Made by a program: the position numbers and the translations under genes. This document shows, in pieces, positions 26,938-36,829 of a stretch of DNA of 58,934 bases (position 1 is its first letter; each line of letters opens with the position of its first letter). Under the pieces are notes generated by a model. It did no database searches. It was given only the letters and a program-made list of their open reading frames with translations, and was not told the DNA's origin. Source of the DNA: Candidatus Bathyarchaeia archaeon (lineage in GTDB: Archaea; Thermoproteota; Bathyarchaeia; Bathyarchaeales; Bathycorpusculaceae); the NCBI GenBank assembly GCA_049970895.1, contig JBMFMB010000009.1, positions 1,010 through 59,943 on the forward strand, given 5' to 3'.

Positions 26938-27933
26938 CTAGAAAAATCCCCTTTTGCAAAGTTCCCTCCACGAAATCTCGCCTACAACCACAAGTGCCTC
27001 ATTTAATGTTAGCATTGGCTTTTGAAACTTTGAAGGCGCGTCAATGGATATGCGTGGGCATGCCGTGTTAACATAGGCTTCCACCGTGGGAAAGTTCATG
27101 ACTATTTCGGGTGCTATTTCTCTGACGGCGAAAAGGTAGGGGTCCTTTCCGACTTTTTCAAGCTTTTCCCTTATGGTTAAGGCTTCTTCAAACCTTTTTT
27201 GCCCGGGCTTAAGTCCAACGAGAACTGCGAAGGTTTTTGCTTTCTGGGCTTCTTGAATGCTTGCCCACCTCTGTTTCTGAACTTTTTGTGCTTCCTCGTC
27301 TATCTGGTAAGCCCTTTTCTCGTAGGGGTCTGCAACCACTGTTGGTTTTGATGTTGAAAGAGCCAAGCCTAATGCGTGGAAGTGTCCGCCACCTATGAAT
27401 AGGAAGCCTTCAACGTCCTCAGCTATGGATTTGGCGTTGCTGTAGTCGCATCCAACAACTTGCCCCGGATAGTTTAGGCGTCCAGCGTCGCCAACCATGA
27501 CAGTTTTTCCTGCGCGGACTAGCATTTCCTTCGCCTCATCAAGGGTTTGCACATGCTGGACGGTTGTGGCTAAGCCTATTTTATGCCAATTTTCCATTAA
27601 GGGTAATGCTTTTTCAACGGCTTCTGTTATGCTTATGATTGCTCGTGCCTCAATGTATATGGTGGGCACTTTCTCATATTTTAGAAGCTTTGCATGTCCA
27701 TAATGCACTATGAGGTCTGCGTCTAAGCTTTCAGCCTCAGAGGTTGCCAAGTCGCATGCGCCATAGCATGGGTCTGCGGAAACTATTGGCAATGCACCAG
27801 CTTTTTCAACAACTTTTGCGAGGCGTGGAGCCTCACCTTTTAGTCCTTCTGGTAATTGTATTAAAACCCGTTTGGCTCCAACTTTGATAATTTCTTGTCT
27901 CAGCCTTTCTTCTTCAAAATCAAACATTTCCAA
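26938..27933 (-). CDS. dph2: Diphthamide biosynthesis radical-SAM enzyme Dph2
   Basis: QLPEGLK, PCYGACD, GQVVGCD, TACPRI. Confidence 0.96.
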   Translation of the reverse strand: MEMFDFEEERLRQEIIKVGAKRVLIQLPEGLKGEAPRLAKVVEKAGALPIVSADPCYGACDLATSEAESLDADLIVHYGHAKLLKYEKVPTIYIEARAIISITEAVEKALPLMENWHKIGLATTVQHVQTLDEAKEMLVRAGKTVMVGDAGRLNYPGQVVGCDYSNAKSIAEDVEGFLFIGGGHFHALGLALSTSKPTVVADPYEKRAYQIDEEAQKVQKQRWASIQEAQKAKTFAVLVGLKPGQKRFEEALTIREKLEKVGKDPYLFAVREIAPEIVMNFPTVEAYVNTACPRISIDAPSKFQKPMLTLNEALVVVGEISWRELCKRGFF

Positions 27934-27981
27934 TGCGGGACACCAACATTTACGATTGGAGAAATGAAGCTTAAGCGAAGG

Positions 27982-30468
27982 CTACTTTATGTTTTCATCC
28001 CATTGGGGCGTCCATTCCCAGTCTTCTCTTGGCTTTTTAACCTGGCGCCCTAGGGCTCGCTCATGCTGTTCGGCAAGCTTTTCTAGAATTATTTTCTGCT
28101 CTATGCTCGCCACAAGCCTCTTTGTGGCTATTACTGCGTCTGGGTTTACGGATATGCTGTCTATTCCAGCCCTCACCAGGAATTCTGTGAAGTCTGGAAG
28201 GTTTGAAGGCGCTTCGCCGCAAATAGAAACTGTGCAGCCGTTTTCATGTGCTACCCTGATTAGGTGGGCTATTATCCTTTTTACTGCTGGGTCTCTCTCG
28301 TCGAAGTAGCCCATCTGCCCGAGGCGTTCTGAGTCTCTGTCAATCATTAGTATGCCTTGTGTCATGTCGTTGGAGCCTATGGAGAAGCCGTCGCAGAGCT
28401 TCGAAAACTCGTCGGCTAGAATGGCTATTGAAGGCGTTTCAGCCATGAACCAGACCTTAAAGTCCTTCGACCTTTCCAAGCCTTCCTCCCGCATTATCTC
28501 CAAAACCTTTTTGGCTTCCCAAACGGTGCGAACCACTGGAAGCATGACCCAAACGTTTTTCAGTCCCCACTCCTCACGGCATTTTCTTACGGCTTGGCAT
28601 TCAAGGCGGAAAGCCTTCTCATACCATGGGCTTATGTAGCGGCTGCAACCCCGCCAGCCCAACATTGGGTTGCTCTCAACAATTTCATATTTTTCTCCGC
28701 CTTTCAGCTCTCGGTACTCGTTTGTTTTGAAGTCGCTGAAGCGCACCACCACTGGGCGGGGCTGGATAGCCCTAGCAACAGTGGCTATGCCCTTCGCAAG
28801 CTTGTCAACAAATTTCTGGCTTTGCCCAATCTCTATCAAGTATAGTGGATGCTCTCCAATGTAGCTGGCTAGGATGAATTCGATGCGCATTAGCCCAATG
28901 CCTTCAAAGGGCAAGTCCTTATAATCCTCTATTTTCTCTGGAACGCCGAGGTTCATGTAAATTTTTGTCGCCGTCACAGGAACGGACTGGAAGACTCCTC
29001 CGGCAAAGGACGCTGGAGAACCAGATGCTCCAAAAGATGTCGCAGCCGAATGCTCAGTCATGGCTGAAACTATGCCTTCATAGACAACTCCAATTCTCGC
29101 ATCAACAGTGTACTCTTCACCACTAACCATAAGCTTCGTGGCATTTTCAGTGCCAACAACACATGGTATGCCAAGCTCACGGCTCACAATGGCTGCATGA
29201 CAAGTTATGCCACCCTTGTCGGTGACTATGGCGCCTGCAAGCCTCATGAAAGGCACATAATCCGGATTAGTCATGTCGGTAACGAGGATGTCGCCCTTCC
29301 GCATAACTTTCGCAGCTTCCTCAGGGTTTAGGACAACCTTTGCCACTCCGAAGCCTATTCCCCTCTTGCCAGCTGGTATGCCCTTAACAACAACTTTTAA
29401 TGCCTCTTCTGGCTTTGCTAAACCAGCCTCAACCTTCTTTTCTGGAGCCGTCTCAGCAGCTTTTAGGCTCCAAACGGTTTCTGGTCTGGACTGCACGATG
29501 AAAACATTTTCCGGAAAGCCTAATTCGCTGTCAATAGCCCATTCGATGTCTTGCGGCTTGCCATAGTGCTCTTCAATTTTTTTAGCTAACTCCGCTAGCT
29601 TAAGAACCTCCTCATCTGTTAAGCATGGAATATTCTGCTTTTCGGCGGGCACTTCCAAGTGCATGGTCTTGCCCGTTTTCGGGTCGCGGGCGTGCATCAC
29701 TTTCTTGGTGGCAATGCGTCTCTCAATGATTTTCATGGTTCTCTTGTCAACGATAAACTCGTCTGGAGTGACAGCCCCGGAAACAACAGCCTCACCTAAG
29801 CCATAATTGCCCTCAATAACAATTTGGTTTGGGTCGCCGGTGACGGGGTTTATTGTGAATATGACGCCTGCGGCTTTGGCGTTAACCATCTTTTGAACGC
29901 CGACACTAATGAGAACCTTTTCATGGGCGAAGCCCTTCTGGGTACGGTAGAATATGGCGCGGGGCGTGAAAAGACTAGACCAACACTTAACGGTTTTCTC
30001 AATAACCTCGTCCTCGCCCTTAACATTCAAGTATGTTTCCTGCTGCCCAGCGAAAGAAGCATCTGGCAAGTCTTCAGCCGTAGCGCTGGACCGCACAGCC
30101 ACAAAAACATCATCCACGTTTAGCCGCTTGCACAACTCTCTGTAGGCAACGCGGATAGCCTCTTCAATATCTTTAGGCATGAGCGTGGACTCGATTAAAG
30201 CACGAATCTTCTTTGAGGCTTCCTCATACTGCTTAGGGTCGTTCGGATCTTTAACAGTCTCCTTTATAATTTTGTAAATCTCGTTGGCTAGTCCAGTTTC
30301 CTCAATAAAGCGTTTGTAGGCGTAGGCTGTTATTGCGAAACCATGCGGAACTGGAATGCCAGCGCTTAGCATCTCGCCTAAATTCGCGTTTTTCCCCCCA
30401 ACAAGGGATATGTCCGCCTTCCTAAGGTTTTCAAACCATATAACGAGATCTCTCTCCATCTCAACCAC
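27982..30468 (-). CDS. ppsA: Phosphoenolpyruvate synthase
   Basis: VGGKNANLGEM, VRSSATAEDL..ASFAGQQETY, GGITCHAAIVSRELG, SIGSND. Confidence 0.97.
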   Translation of the reverse strand: MVEMERDLVIWFENLRKADISLVGGKNANLGEMLSAGIPVPHGFAITAYAYKRFIEETGLANEIYKIIKETVKDPNDPKQYEEASKKIRALIESTLMPKDIEEAIRVAYRELCKRLNVDDVFVAVRSSATAEDLPDASFAGQQETYLNVKGEDEVIEKTVKCWSSLFTPRAIFYRTQKGFAHEKVLISVGVQKMVNAKAAGVIFTINPVTGDPNQIVIEGNYGLGEAVVSGAVTPDEFIVDKRTMKIIERRIATKKVMHARDPKTGKTMHLEVPAEKQNIPCLTDEEVLKLAELAKKIEEHYGKPQDIEWAIDSELGFPENVFIVQSRPETVWSLKAAETAPEKKVEAGLAKPEEALKVVVKGIPAGKRGIGFGVAKVVLNPEEAAKVMRKGDILVTDMTNPDYVPFMRLAGAIVTDKGGITCHAAIVSRELGIPCVVGTENATKLMVSGEEYTVDARIGVVYEGIVSAMTEHSAATSFGASGSPASFAGGVFQSVPVTATKIYMNLGVPEKIEDYKDLPFEGIGLMRIEFILASYIGEHPLYLIEIGQSQKFVDKLAKGIATVARAIQPRPVVVRFSDFKTNEYRELKGGEKYEIVESNPMLGWRGCSRYISPWYEKAFRLECQAVRKCREEWGLKNVWVMLPVVRTVWEAKKVLEIMREEGLERSKDFKVWFMAETPSIAILADEFSKLCDGFSIGSNDMTQGILMIDRDSERLGQMGYFDERDPAVKRIIAHLIRVAHENGCTVSICGEAPSNLPDFTEFLVRAGIDSISVNPDAVIATKRLVASIEQKIILEKLAEQHERALGRQVKKPREDWEWTPQWDENIK

Positions 30469-30980
30469 TACGCTTTTGCTTCCCCAACCTGCAATTTCTC
30501 AACAACTATTCTGCACGGTGTTGGAAGCTTTGCGGCACCTCGCCTTAAGGCTTCTTTTGCGACTTCAACGCCGTTGGCGTTCACCCTAACCGTCATAATT
30601 GTCTGGTTTGGCTCCACTCGCGCTGCAGTGCCAATTGGTTTTCCAAAAGCCCTTCTCATGCCGTCTTGAAGGCGGTCTGCATGAGCCCCAAAAATCATTT
30701 TGTTTTCCCGAAGGATAACATGGGGGTAGGGGTGAACTTGCAAAAAGTAATTGTTTGAAAGCTTATCCATTAGGAGGCGGTTTGTCGCCACACGGGCAGC
30801 CTCCAAGGCGTTATGCCTAATTTGAGCTCTTTCTAGGGCTATAAGCCTAGCTTCATACTCGAACTTGGCGTTGGGGTCGCCCATAGTAAACTTAGTTATC
30901 TTAGGTGGAGGAAAACCTTTAACAAACTCTCTTCTAGTGTAGGGTTGCCCTTTAACCTCTCTGTAGTTGCGTGCACGCAT
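30468..30980 (-). CDS. rpl10e: 50S ribosomal protein L10e (uL16)
   Basis: RHNALEAARV, ADRLQDGMRRAFGKP. Confidence 0.97.
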   Translation of the reverse strand: MRARNYREVKGQPYTRREFVKGFPPPKITKFTMGDPNAKFEYEARLIALERAQIRHNALEAARVATNRLLMDKLSNNYFLQVHPYPHVILRENKMIFGAHADRLQDGMRRAFGKPIGTAARVEPNQTIMTVRVNANGVEVAKEALRRGAAKLPTPCRIVVEKLQVGEAKA

Positions 30981-31100
30981 AATTCATCCCTTTCAGCATA
31001 TGGAATGGCGGTATTTAAGCAATTTGTCAAACACACATAAATGCTCGATATTTGATTAAGATTATGAATCTCAAATCCAGTTTAGGACTGTGAAGGGCAG

Positions 31101-31670
31101 TTATGGGGGCAACGGTCTATTTTTGAACCATATCTTCGCCAGCTCATCATAATTCGGAAAAACACGCTTCAAAATCGGAATGTACATCTTCACTTCATCG
31201 TCAGTTAAGTATTGAAACTGGTACTCGCCAATGTATGGTGATGGCTCCCCTTCTCTTGTTATGAACTCTATGTGCATGAAGGGGTCACCCCGCTTGATAG
31301 TTATGGGACAGCGGTCATTGCTTAAGTTCACAATTTCGAGAGCGAGTCTGCCTATAAAGCCGCTGTGAACTTTAGCCGCATTAAGGAAGGATAAACCCAT
31401 TCGTCCGTACTTGCTTTTGGCTGTCAAATGGGCTACATAATTCGGCGGTGTGAAAACTATCTCGTAGGATATTAGGTTTTTATGCTCCAAATAATTCAGC
31501 GTAGTCTCGTCCTTAACTGTTAGCACATAGCTGTCTCCATCGAGGAGGTTGTAGTCGTATGGGTATATACACTTATAATTTTCAATAAGCTCCTTCAACT
31601 TGTCCTTGCCAATTATGCACATGAATGGCTTGCCTCCAGCGGTGTTTTCTAGCAATAGTAAAGCCTTCAC
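31101..31670 (-). CDS. dCTP deaminase/dUTPase-family protein
   Basis: AKSKYGRMG, VHSGFIGRLALEIVN, PY.GEYQ.Q; start probably near 31622. Confidence 0.8.
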   Translation of the reverse strand: MKALLLLENTAGGKPFMCIIGKDKLKELIENYKCIYPYDYNLLDGDSYVLTVKDETTLNYLEHKNLISYEIVFTPPNYVAHLTAKSKYGRMGLSFLNAAKVHSGFIGRLALEIVNLSNDRCPITIKRGDPFMHIEFITREGEPSPYIGEYQFQYLTDDEVKMYIPILKRVFPNYDELAKIWFKNRPLPP

Positions 31671-31721
31671 GTTATATAGTTTTTCAACAAAATCCTATAA
31701 AGCAGTTGAAAAACGCTATTC

Positions 31722-32753
31722 TTGAAAATGGGGGACAAAAACTCCATAGAAACATTCATTAGAGAAATTCCGAAGGCGGAGCTTCATTTACACATTGAGG
31801 GAACCCTTGAGCCTGAACTAATGATGGAAATCGCGAGAAGAAACAATACCAAACCAAAATATGGCAGCGTGGAAGGGGCCAAGGCAGCCTACGATTTTAA
31901 AAAACTCCAAGACTTTCTGGAGGTCTACTATGAAGGAGTGAAAGTTCTGCAAAGGGAGCAGGATTTTTACGACTTAACATGGGCATATCTGGAAAAGGCG
32001 CGTTCCCAAAACGTTTTACATGCTGAAATATTCTTTGACCCCCAAGCCCACACGAGAAGAGGTGTAAAATTCGACACCGTTGTAACGGGCATACATGAAG
32101 CCCTAAAAGACGGCGAAATGAGGCTTGGGATTTCAACAAGGCTGATAATGTGCTTTTTAAGGGATTTAGACGTTGATTCAGCCTTCAAAACATTGGAGGA
32201 GGCTTTACCCTACAGAGATTGGATCGTAGCTGTTGGACTTGATTCAGCCGAGGTTGGCAATCCACCATCAAAATTCCAGAAAGTCTTTGAAAAAGCCATG
32301 GAAGAGGGCTTTTTAACAGTTGCCCATGCAGGCGAGGAGGGTCCAGCAGAATATGTTTGGGAAGCTATAAGACTTCTGAGAGTTTCCCGCATAGACCATG
32401 GAAACCACGCGCTTGATGACGAAAATCTGGTTAAGGAATTAGCAAGGCGAAAAATTCCATTAACGCTTTGTCCTCTTTCAAACTTGAAGTTGGGTGTTAT
32501 TAAAAGCATGAAGGAGCATCCGCTAAAAAAGATGCTGGAAAAGGGACTCGTCGTAACTGTAAATTCCGACGACCCAGCATACTTTGGAGGCTACATAAAC
32601 GAGAATTATATGGCGGTGCAGAGGGCGCTGGGCTTAAATGCCCAGCACATATATGAGTTGGCAAGAAACTCTTTTCAGGCTTCATTTTTAGGCGAAAGTG
32701 AAAAGCGGGAAACACTCGCACAACTGGAAAGATTTAAGGTTGCAAAGAGTTAG
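31722..32753 (+). CDS. add: Adenosine/adenine deaminase
   Basis: PKAELHLHIEGTLEP, HAGEE, RIDHG, CPLSN, NSDDPAYF. Confidence 0.93.
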   Translation: MKMGDKNSIETFIREIPKAELHLHIEGTLEPELMMEIARRNNTKPKYGSVEGAKAAYDFKKLQDFLEVYYEGVKVLQREQDFYDLTWAYLEKARSQNVLHAEIFFDPQAHTRRGVKFDTVVTGIHEALKDGEMRLGISTRLIMCFLRDLDVDSAFKTLEEALPYRDWIVAVGLDSAEVGNPPSKFQKVFEKAMEEGFLTVAHAGEEGPAEYVWEAIRLLRVSRIDHGNHALDDENLVKELARRKIPLTLCPLSNLKLGVIKSMKEHPLKKMLEKGLVVTVNSDDPAYFGGYINENYMAVQRALGLNAQHIYELARNSFQASFLGESEKRETLAQLERFKVAKS

Positions 32754-33363
32754 CTTTCGCTTCGATGAGCACTATTGTTTCGAAGGAGGGAAGATCTAAA
32801 CTTGCAACAATTTTCGCCCTTAAACCTTTGCCCTCCAAAATTTTCATGGTTTTGTCCACGTCCGCGAGAGTGGACTGCATCAGCAGAACACAACCACCAA
32901 TTTTAATATGTCCACCTATTCCTTGCAGAAAGCGGTCTAGGACTGTTCTGCCACTTGCCCCACCCGCCCACGCCCGTTCAATTAGGGTTTTGCCTTCAAG
33001 TGGTTCGGTTGGCAAATAGGGTGCGTTGAAAAGGATTAGGTCGAATTTTTCTTCCGCTTTCAGTGGCGTGAACAGGTCGCCTTGAACGAAGAACATTTTG
33101 TCAGCGACGCCGTTTAGTTTGGCGTTTTCTTTTGCACATCGCACCGCCACTGGGTTTATATCTATAGCAACAACAAGCGAAGCGTTTTCTGCGGCTATTA
33201 TGCCTAGGATGCCGCACCCAGTTCCCATGTCAAGAACTTTTTCGCCTTCCCGCACAGCTAAGTTTTCAGCAAAAAGGAAGGAGTCTTCTGCTGGTTCGTA
33301 AACGTCTTGCCAAACATCAAAAACATGCTTGCGGAAGAACACTCGCTTAGTTGGTGAGGGCAT
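32734..33363 (-). CDS. HemK2/PrmC-family methyltransferase
   Basis: VYEPAEDS, LDMGTGCG, FNAPY; start reassigned to ATG 33363. Confidence 0.92.
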   Translation of the reverse strand: MPSPTKRVFFRKHVFDVWQDVYEPAEDSFLFAENLAVREGEKVLDMGTGCGILGIIAAENASLVVAIDINPVAVRCAKENAKLNGVADKMFFVQGDLFTPLKAEEKFDLILFNAPYLPTEPLEGKTLIERAWAGGASGRTVLDRFLQGIGGHIKIGGCVLLMQSTLADVDKTMKILEGKGLRAKIVASLDLPSFETIVLIEAKANSLQP

Positions 33364-34162
33364 TGGCAATTTCACCAAAGTCTTCTGGTGCCAGTTCCCG
33401 CACACGCCTATCATGAAAGGGAATAGAATCAGCCGTCTTGGCAGTTGCCTTGGAAACAGCACGCTCTCTCCTCAAGAAGGGTTGGATGGCGTTTCTAACC
33501 TTCCTGTTGCGCTGAGTGAAGAGGGCTTGCACAAACTTTGCAAAGAAGACTTCATCCTTCACCCTAAAAGGCGGCGGTTTCGGTTTTAACTGGACAATTA
33601 TGGAGTCTATTTCAGGCTGTGGATGGAAAAAGCTCTTCGGCACATCATCCAAAAGCTCAACGTCAAAGTGGTAATATGCCATAACTGTTAGCCAACCATA
33701 ATCCTCGCTTCCAATAGGAGCCACAAGTCGTTTAGCAAATTCTTTCTGAAAAACCAGCACTGTACACTCGGGCTTCTTGCTGAAAAGCCACTGGATTAAA
33801 GCCGAAGAAATGCCATAGGGCGGTATGGAAACAACCTTGTTAAAATCTGGAAGCGAAATTTTCAGCACATCGCCCTCGATAATCAAGGCGTTTGGCAAGC
33901 CCTTAAGTTGTTCACGCAAAACTCTAACAAGACTATTGTCCAATTCAACAGCCAGGACCCTTCCACATTTTTCGGCTAAAAAGCGTGTCAGAAAGCCCAA
34001 ACCAGCGCCAATGTCCAAAACAACATCGTTTTTGCTGAGCTGAGCGTAGTTGGCTATAACTTGAAAAATTGATGGTTCAACCATAAAGTGCTGTCCAAGG
34101 CGCTTCTTCGGATAAATTCGATATCTTCGAAGAAGGAGCTTCGCTTCCTCAATTAGGCTCAT
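33347..34162 (-). CDS. ksgA: 16S rRNA dimethyladenosine transferase
   Basis: KKRLGQHF, DIGAGLG, FQKEFAKRL, YGWL. Confidence 0.95.
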   Translation of the reverse strand: MSLIEEAKLLLRRYRIYPKKRLGQHFMVEPSIFQVIANYAQLSKNDVVLDIGAGLGFLTRFLAEKCGRVLAVELDNSLVRVLREQLKGLPNALIIEGDVLKISLPDFNKVVSIPPYGISSALIQWLFSKKPECTVLVFQKEFAKRLVAPIGSEDYGWLTVMAYYHFDVELLDDVPKSFFHPQPEIDSIIVQLKPKPPPFRVKDEVFFAKFVQALFTQRNRKVRNAIQPFLRRERAVSKATAKTADSIPFHDRRVRELAPEDFGEIANALTN

Positions 34163-34183
34163 AGTGATGTTTACCAGCCAAAT

Positions 34184-34756
34184 TTAACGGGCTCTTGTGA
34201 AAAGCCTATACTTGCTCTCGCCAGCCAACTCCTCCAAAATCCTCTTTGTGAGGAGCTTAACAGGGTTGGGAATTTCCGTCCGCTTCTGCAGGTCTTCAAA
34301 ACTTTCGAAAGGCTTTTTCTCCCGCTCTTTAATAACCTGCCACATGTACTTCTTGCCTATGCCTGGAATAAGCTCCAAGGCGTGCATTCTTGGGGTTATT
34401 GCTTGCGCCGTGTTGAAGAAGTTGACAAACCATTTCTCACGATTGAGCACTATGCGGCTAATGACCGCTGGAAGCTCCATTTTGGCGGCTGAAGTCAACT
34501 CTTCATAGCCTATCCGCCCAATTATGTAGGTTATCTCTTCACGAGCCTCCTTCCCAACATAAACACGGTCGTGGGGCTTTAATGTGACACCTTCCTTAAC
34601 AAGAGCCTCCAGAAGAGTGAAGAATTCCTCCCCGACAAGCTGGACTAGGGCGCCGGCTCTATAGCCAGCCCTCCCGGTTATCCGGACCCCGGGACGCCCA
34701 TGAGGGAGAAAGTCTAGGACGTAGGCGTACTCTTCGTAGCGTTTCTCCTTCTCCAT
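34184..34756 (-). CDS. DUF655 RNA-binding protein
   Basis: EEYAYVLDFL, RMHALELIPGIGKK. Confidence 0.92.
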   Translation of the reverse strand: MEKEKRYEEYAYVLDFLPHGRPGVRITGRAGYRAGALVQLVGEEFFTLLEALVKEGVTLKPHDRVYVGKEAREEITYIIGRIGYEELTSAAKMELPAVISRIVLNREKWFVNFFNTAQAITPRMHALELIPGIGKKYMWQVIKEREKKPFESFEDLQKRTEIPNPVKLLTKRILEELAGESKYRLFTRAR

Positions 34757-34803
34757 TGTATTCCCTTTTTAACTCCTCACATTTTAAAATACGGTTTCAA
34801 GAG

Positions 34804-35151
34804 CTATTTCAATTTATGTTCGTTTAAAAGTTTAACCATAGCTTCCAATTTAGAGGATTCGATAATTTTGCGACCGCCCCCAAGAAAAACCCTTAGCTCC
34901 TCCACGGTGCCGGGCATACAATTAACTATCTGGACGGCTTCAGCTTCTTCCAAACCATACTCCTTAACGAGTTTTTCCACAAGCATTTCGGCTGTTTCGG
35001 CGTCAACCTTAGAAAACTTTGAAGCATAATCAAGCACCCGCCTCTGGAACTGGTCCAGTTTTTCTTCGCCGAGTTCCTCCAGCAGCTTTTTGACTTGCGG
35101 TATGGTAAGGTTTTTCTCCTTAACCCTTTCAGTTTCAGCCTTTTCCAGCAT
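34804..35151 (-). CDS. rpoF: RNA polymerase subunit F (Rpo4)
   Basis: LDYASKFSK, QIVNCMP..VEELR; context between rpl21e and DUF655. Confidence 0.92.
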   Translation of the reverse strand: MLEKAETERVKEKNLTIPQVKKLLEELGEEKLDQFQRRVLDYASKFSKVDAETAEMLVEKLVKEYGLEEAEAVQIVNCMPGTVEELRVFLGGGRKIIESSKLEAMVKLLNEHKLK

Positions 35152-35152
35152 T

Positions 35153-35449
35153 TCAACCACCCTCATAAGGCTCCAAATGCTCCGGTCTAACAATAATTTC
35201 CTTAACAGCATCGCCCTGCGTAACGCTTACTATGTAGCTTTTTCCACGCGCGCCAACTATTTTGCCAACTTTTCCATGATAGCGCCTGTGAGGCATGCCC
35301 TTCTGGACGCTTGGGTCAATTTTTATGACCACGCTGTTTCCAGGTTGGTATTCGTGGAGCAGTTTGCCCAGTCGCATTTTGCCCCTTTCCCTAGGGCTTT
35401 TTCTAAGGAGACGCCGCGTCTTTGACCGATATCCCTTTGACTTCCTCAA
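35153..35449 (-). CDS. rpl21e: 50S ribosomal protein L21e
   Basis: SKGYRSKTR, KGMPHRRYHGK, RPEHL. Confidence 0.97.
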   Translation of the reverse strand: MRKSKGYRSKTRRLLRKSPRERGKMRLGKLLHEYQPGNSVVIKIDPSVQKGMPHRRYHGKVGKIVGARGKSYIVSVTQGDAVKEIIVRPEHLEPYEGG

Positions 35450-35452
35450 CTT

Positions 35453-36790
35453 TTAACCATCCTTCACAATTACTTTTAGAACGTCAAGTTTTATAGGCTT
35501 CGCTTTATTTCCGAGAATTTCTGAAACACTTGGAGTTGTTCTTCCTTCATCACCCGTCACCAGCTCTTTTACATATAGCCCTCCTTGACATCTAACCTTC
35601 AGTTCAGCCCTATTCGGTGACAATCTCTTAGCTTTAACCTTATATATGTACTTTTCCCGCGTTAAATCCGCCCGCCTATGCAAAACGCGTAACGGTGTCC
35701 TTTGCTTAACAACAGCGCCCGTTAGTTTTTCCTCCAACAGTTGCAAATCCACATCCGAGACCTCTTTTTCAAATTCCACAGTGACGCGGTACTCTTTTTG
35801 CGCCGACTCAGCCCTTTTCAGCTTCCGCACAAAATCCTTGTCGACAAAGCGGAGCCCAGAAACTTCAACCTTGCCCTTTGCATGGGCGTTCACAGCCTCT
35901 TCAACTCGTTTAAGGTCTAGGAAACGCTTTTTTGGTTGAGCTACTTCTATAACGAAGGGTCTTCCTTTTCCAAGCATGCGGGCGTCCACGTCTTCCCTTC
36001 CGGAGGCATGAAAAGAAGTTTTGGTGCCGCATGTCGCCCTCAAAATTGGCTCGCTTATCAGTTCCTCAACGGATTCCGGATACTTTTTACCTGTCCAGTT
36101 GCACTTTTCGCATCCCTTACCATAGCAGTTGGTGCAGAACCATTTTGATTGGGGTAAGCCCCTAACAAGCTTCTTGTAGCGTCCAGCAATGTAGAGGGGG
36201 TTAACCTGAACCCTCACTTCGCCGGTCATGGGGTTTATAAGCGCAACCACGTCTGGTTTTCTATATTCAACAGTTTTTTGGCTGTAAGCGGCTATTTTCT
36301 TGCCTAAAATTCGTCCAAATTCTAGCCTAATATTTTCGCCGTACTCCACGTTAAATCTAGCCTTAAACTCGTCCTCGCGTTCCTCAACCCCAACAGGCAG
36401 TTCTATGCCGACCAAAAAGTTGGCGTACTCGTATTCAGCTAACTTCTCAACAGCCCTTTTCGCTAGATCATCAACATTTTCGAAGCGGTTTTCACATAAA
36501 AAACATGCTTTCGCCATTTTCTGCCTAAAAGTGCGTTTTCCCATTTTTCGGAGGATTTCCGCGGCGTCCTCACGGAAGCCATTTGACGAAAGGATTTTTA
36601 GGATTCTTAAACCTTCACCTTTCTCAGCGCGGGCAAGTGCTTGGGCTTCCATTAGCAAAACGTTCTTTATGGCTCTGCCTCTTTCATCATTCTCCATTCC
36701 ATACCCCAAAAAAGCGAATTGCCTACCCAAACAGTGGTCGCATAAGGGGTGCTTTTCAAGCATTTTTAGGGCTTTTTCCAGTATGCCCAT
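35453..36790 (-). CDS. pus10: tRNA pseudouridine(54/55) synthase Pus10
   Basis: LCDHCLGR, GREDVDARMLG.GRPF, GGLYVKEL. Confidence 0.96.
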   Translation of the reverse strand: MGILEKALKMLEKHPLCDHCLGRQFAFLGYGMENDERGRAIKNVLLMEAQALARAEKGEGLRILKILSSNGFREDAAEILRKMGKRTFRQKMAKACFLCENRFENVDDLAKRAVEKLAEYEYANFLVGIELPVGVEEREDEFKARFNVEYGENIRLEFGRILGKKIAAYSQKTVEYRKPDVVALINPMTGEVRVQVNPLYIAGRYKKLVRGLPQSKWFCTNCYGKGCEKCNWTGKKYPESVEELISEPILRATCGTKTSFHASGREDVDARMLGKGRPFVIEVAQPKKRFLDLKRVEEAVNAHAKGKVEVSGLRFVDKDFVRKLKRAESAQKEYRVTVEFEKEVSDVDLQLLEEKLTGAVVKQRTPLRVLHRRADLTREKYIYKVKAKRLSPNRAELKVRCQGGLYVKELVTGDEGRTTPSVSEILGNKAKPIKLDVLKVIVKDG

Positions 36791-36829
36791 AAAAACTCCT
36801 TTTAAGCACATCTTCGTTTGAGAAAGGGC

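Noticed and set aside
26681-26971. Cys-rich alternative ORF
   Set aside because: It overlaps dph2; the non-overlapping 26701-26928 frame is preferred, though neither is certain
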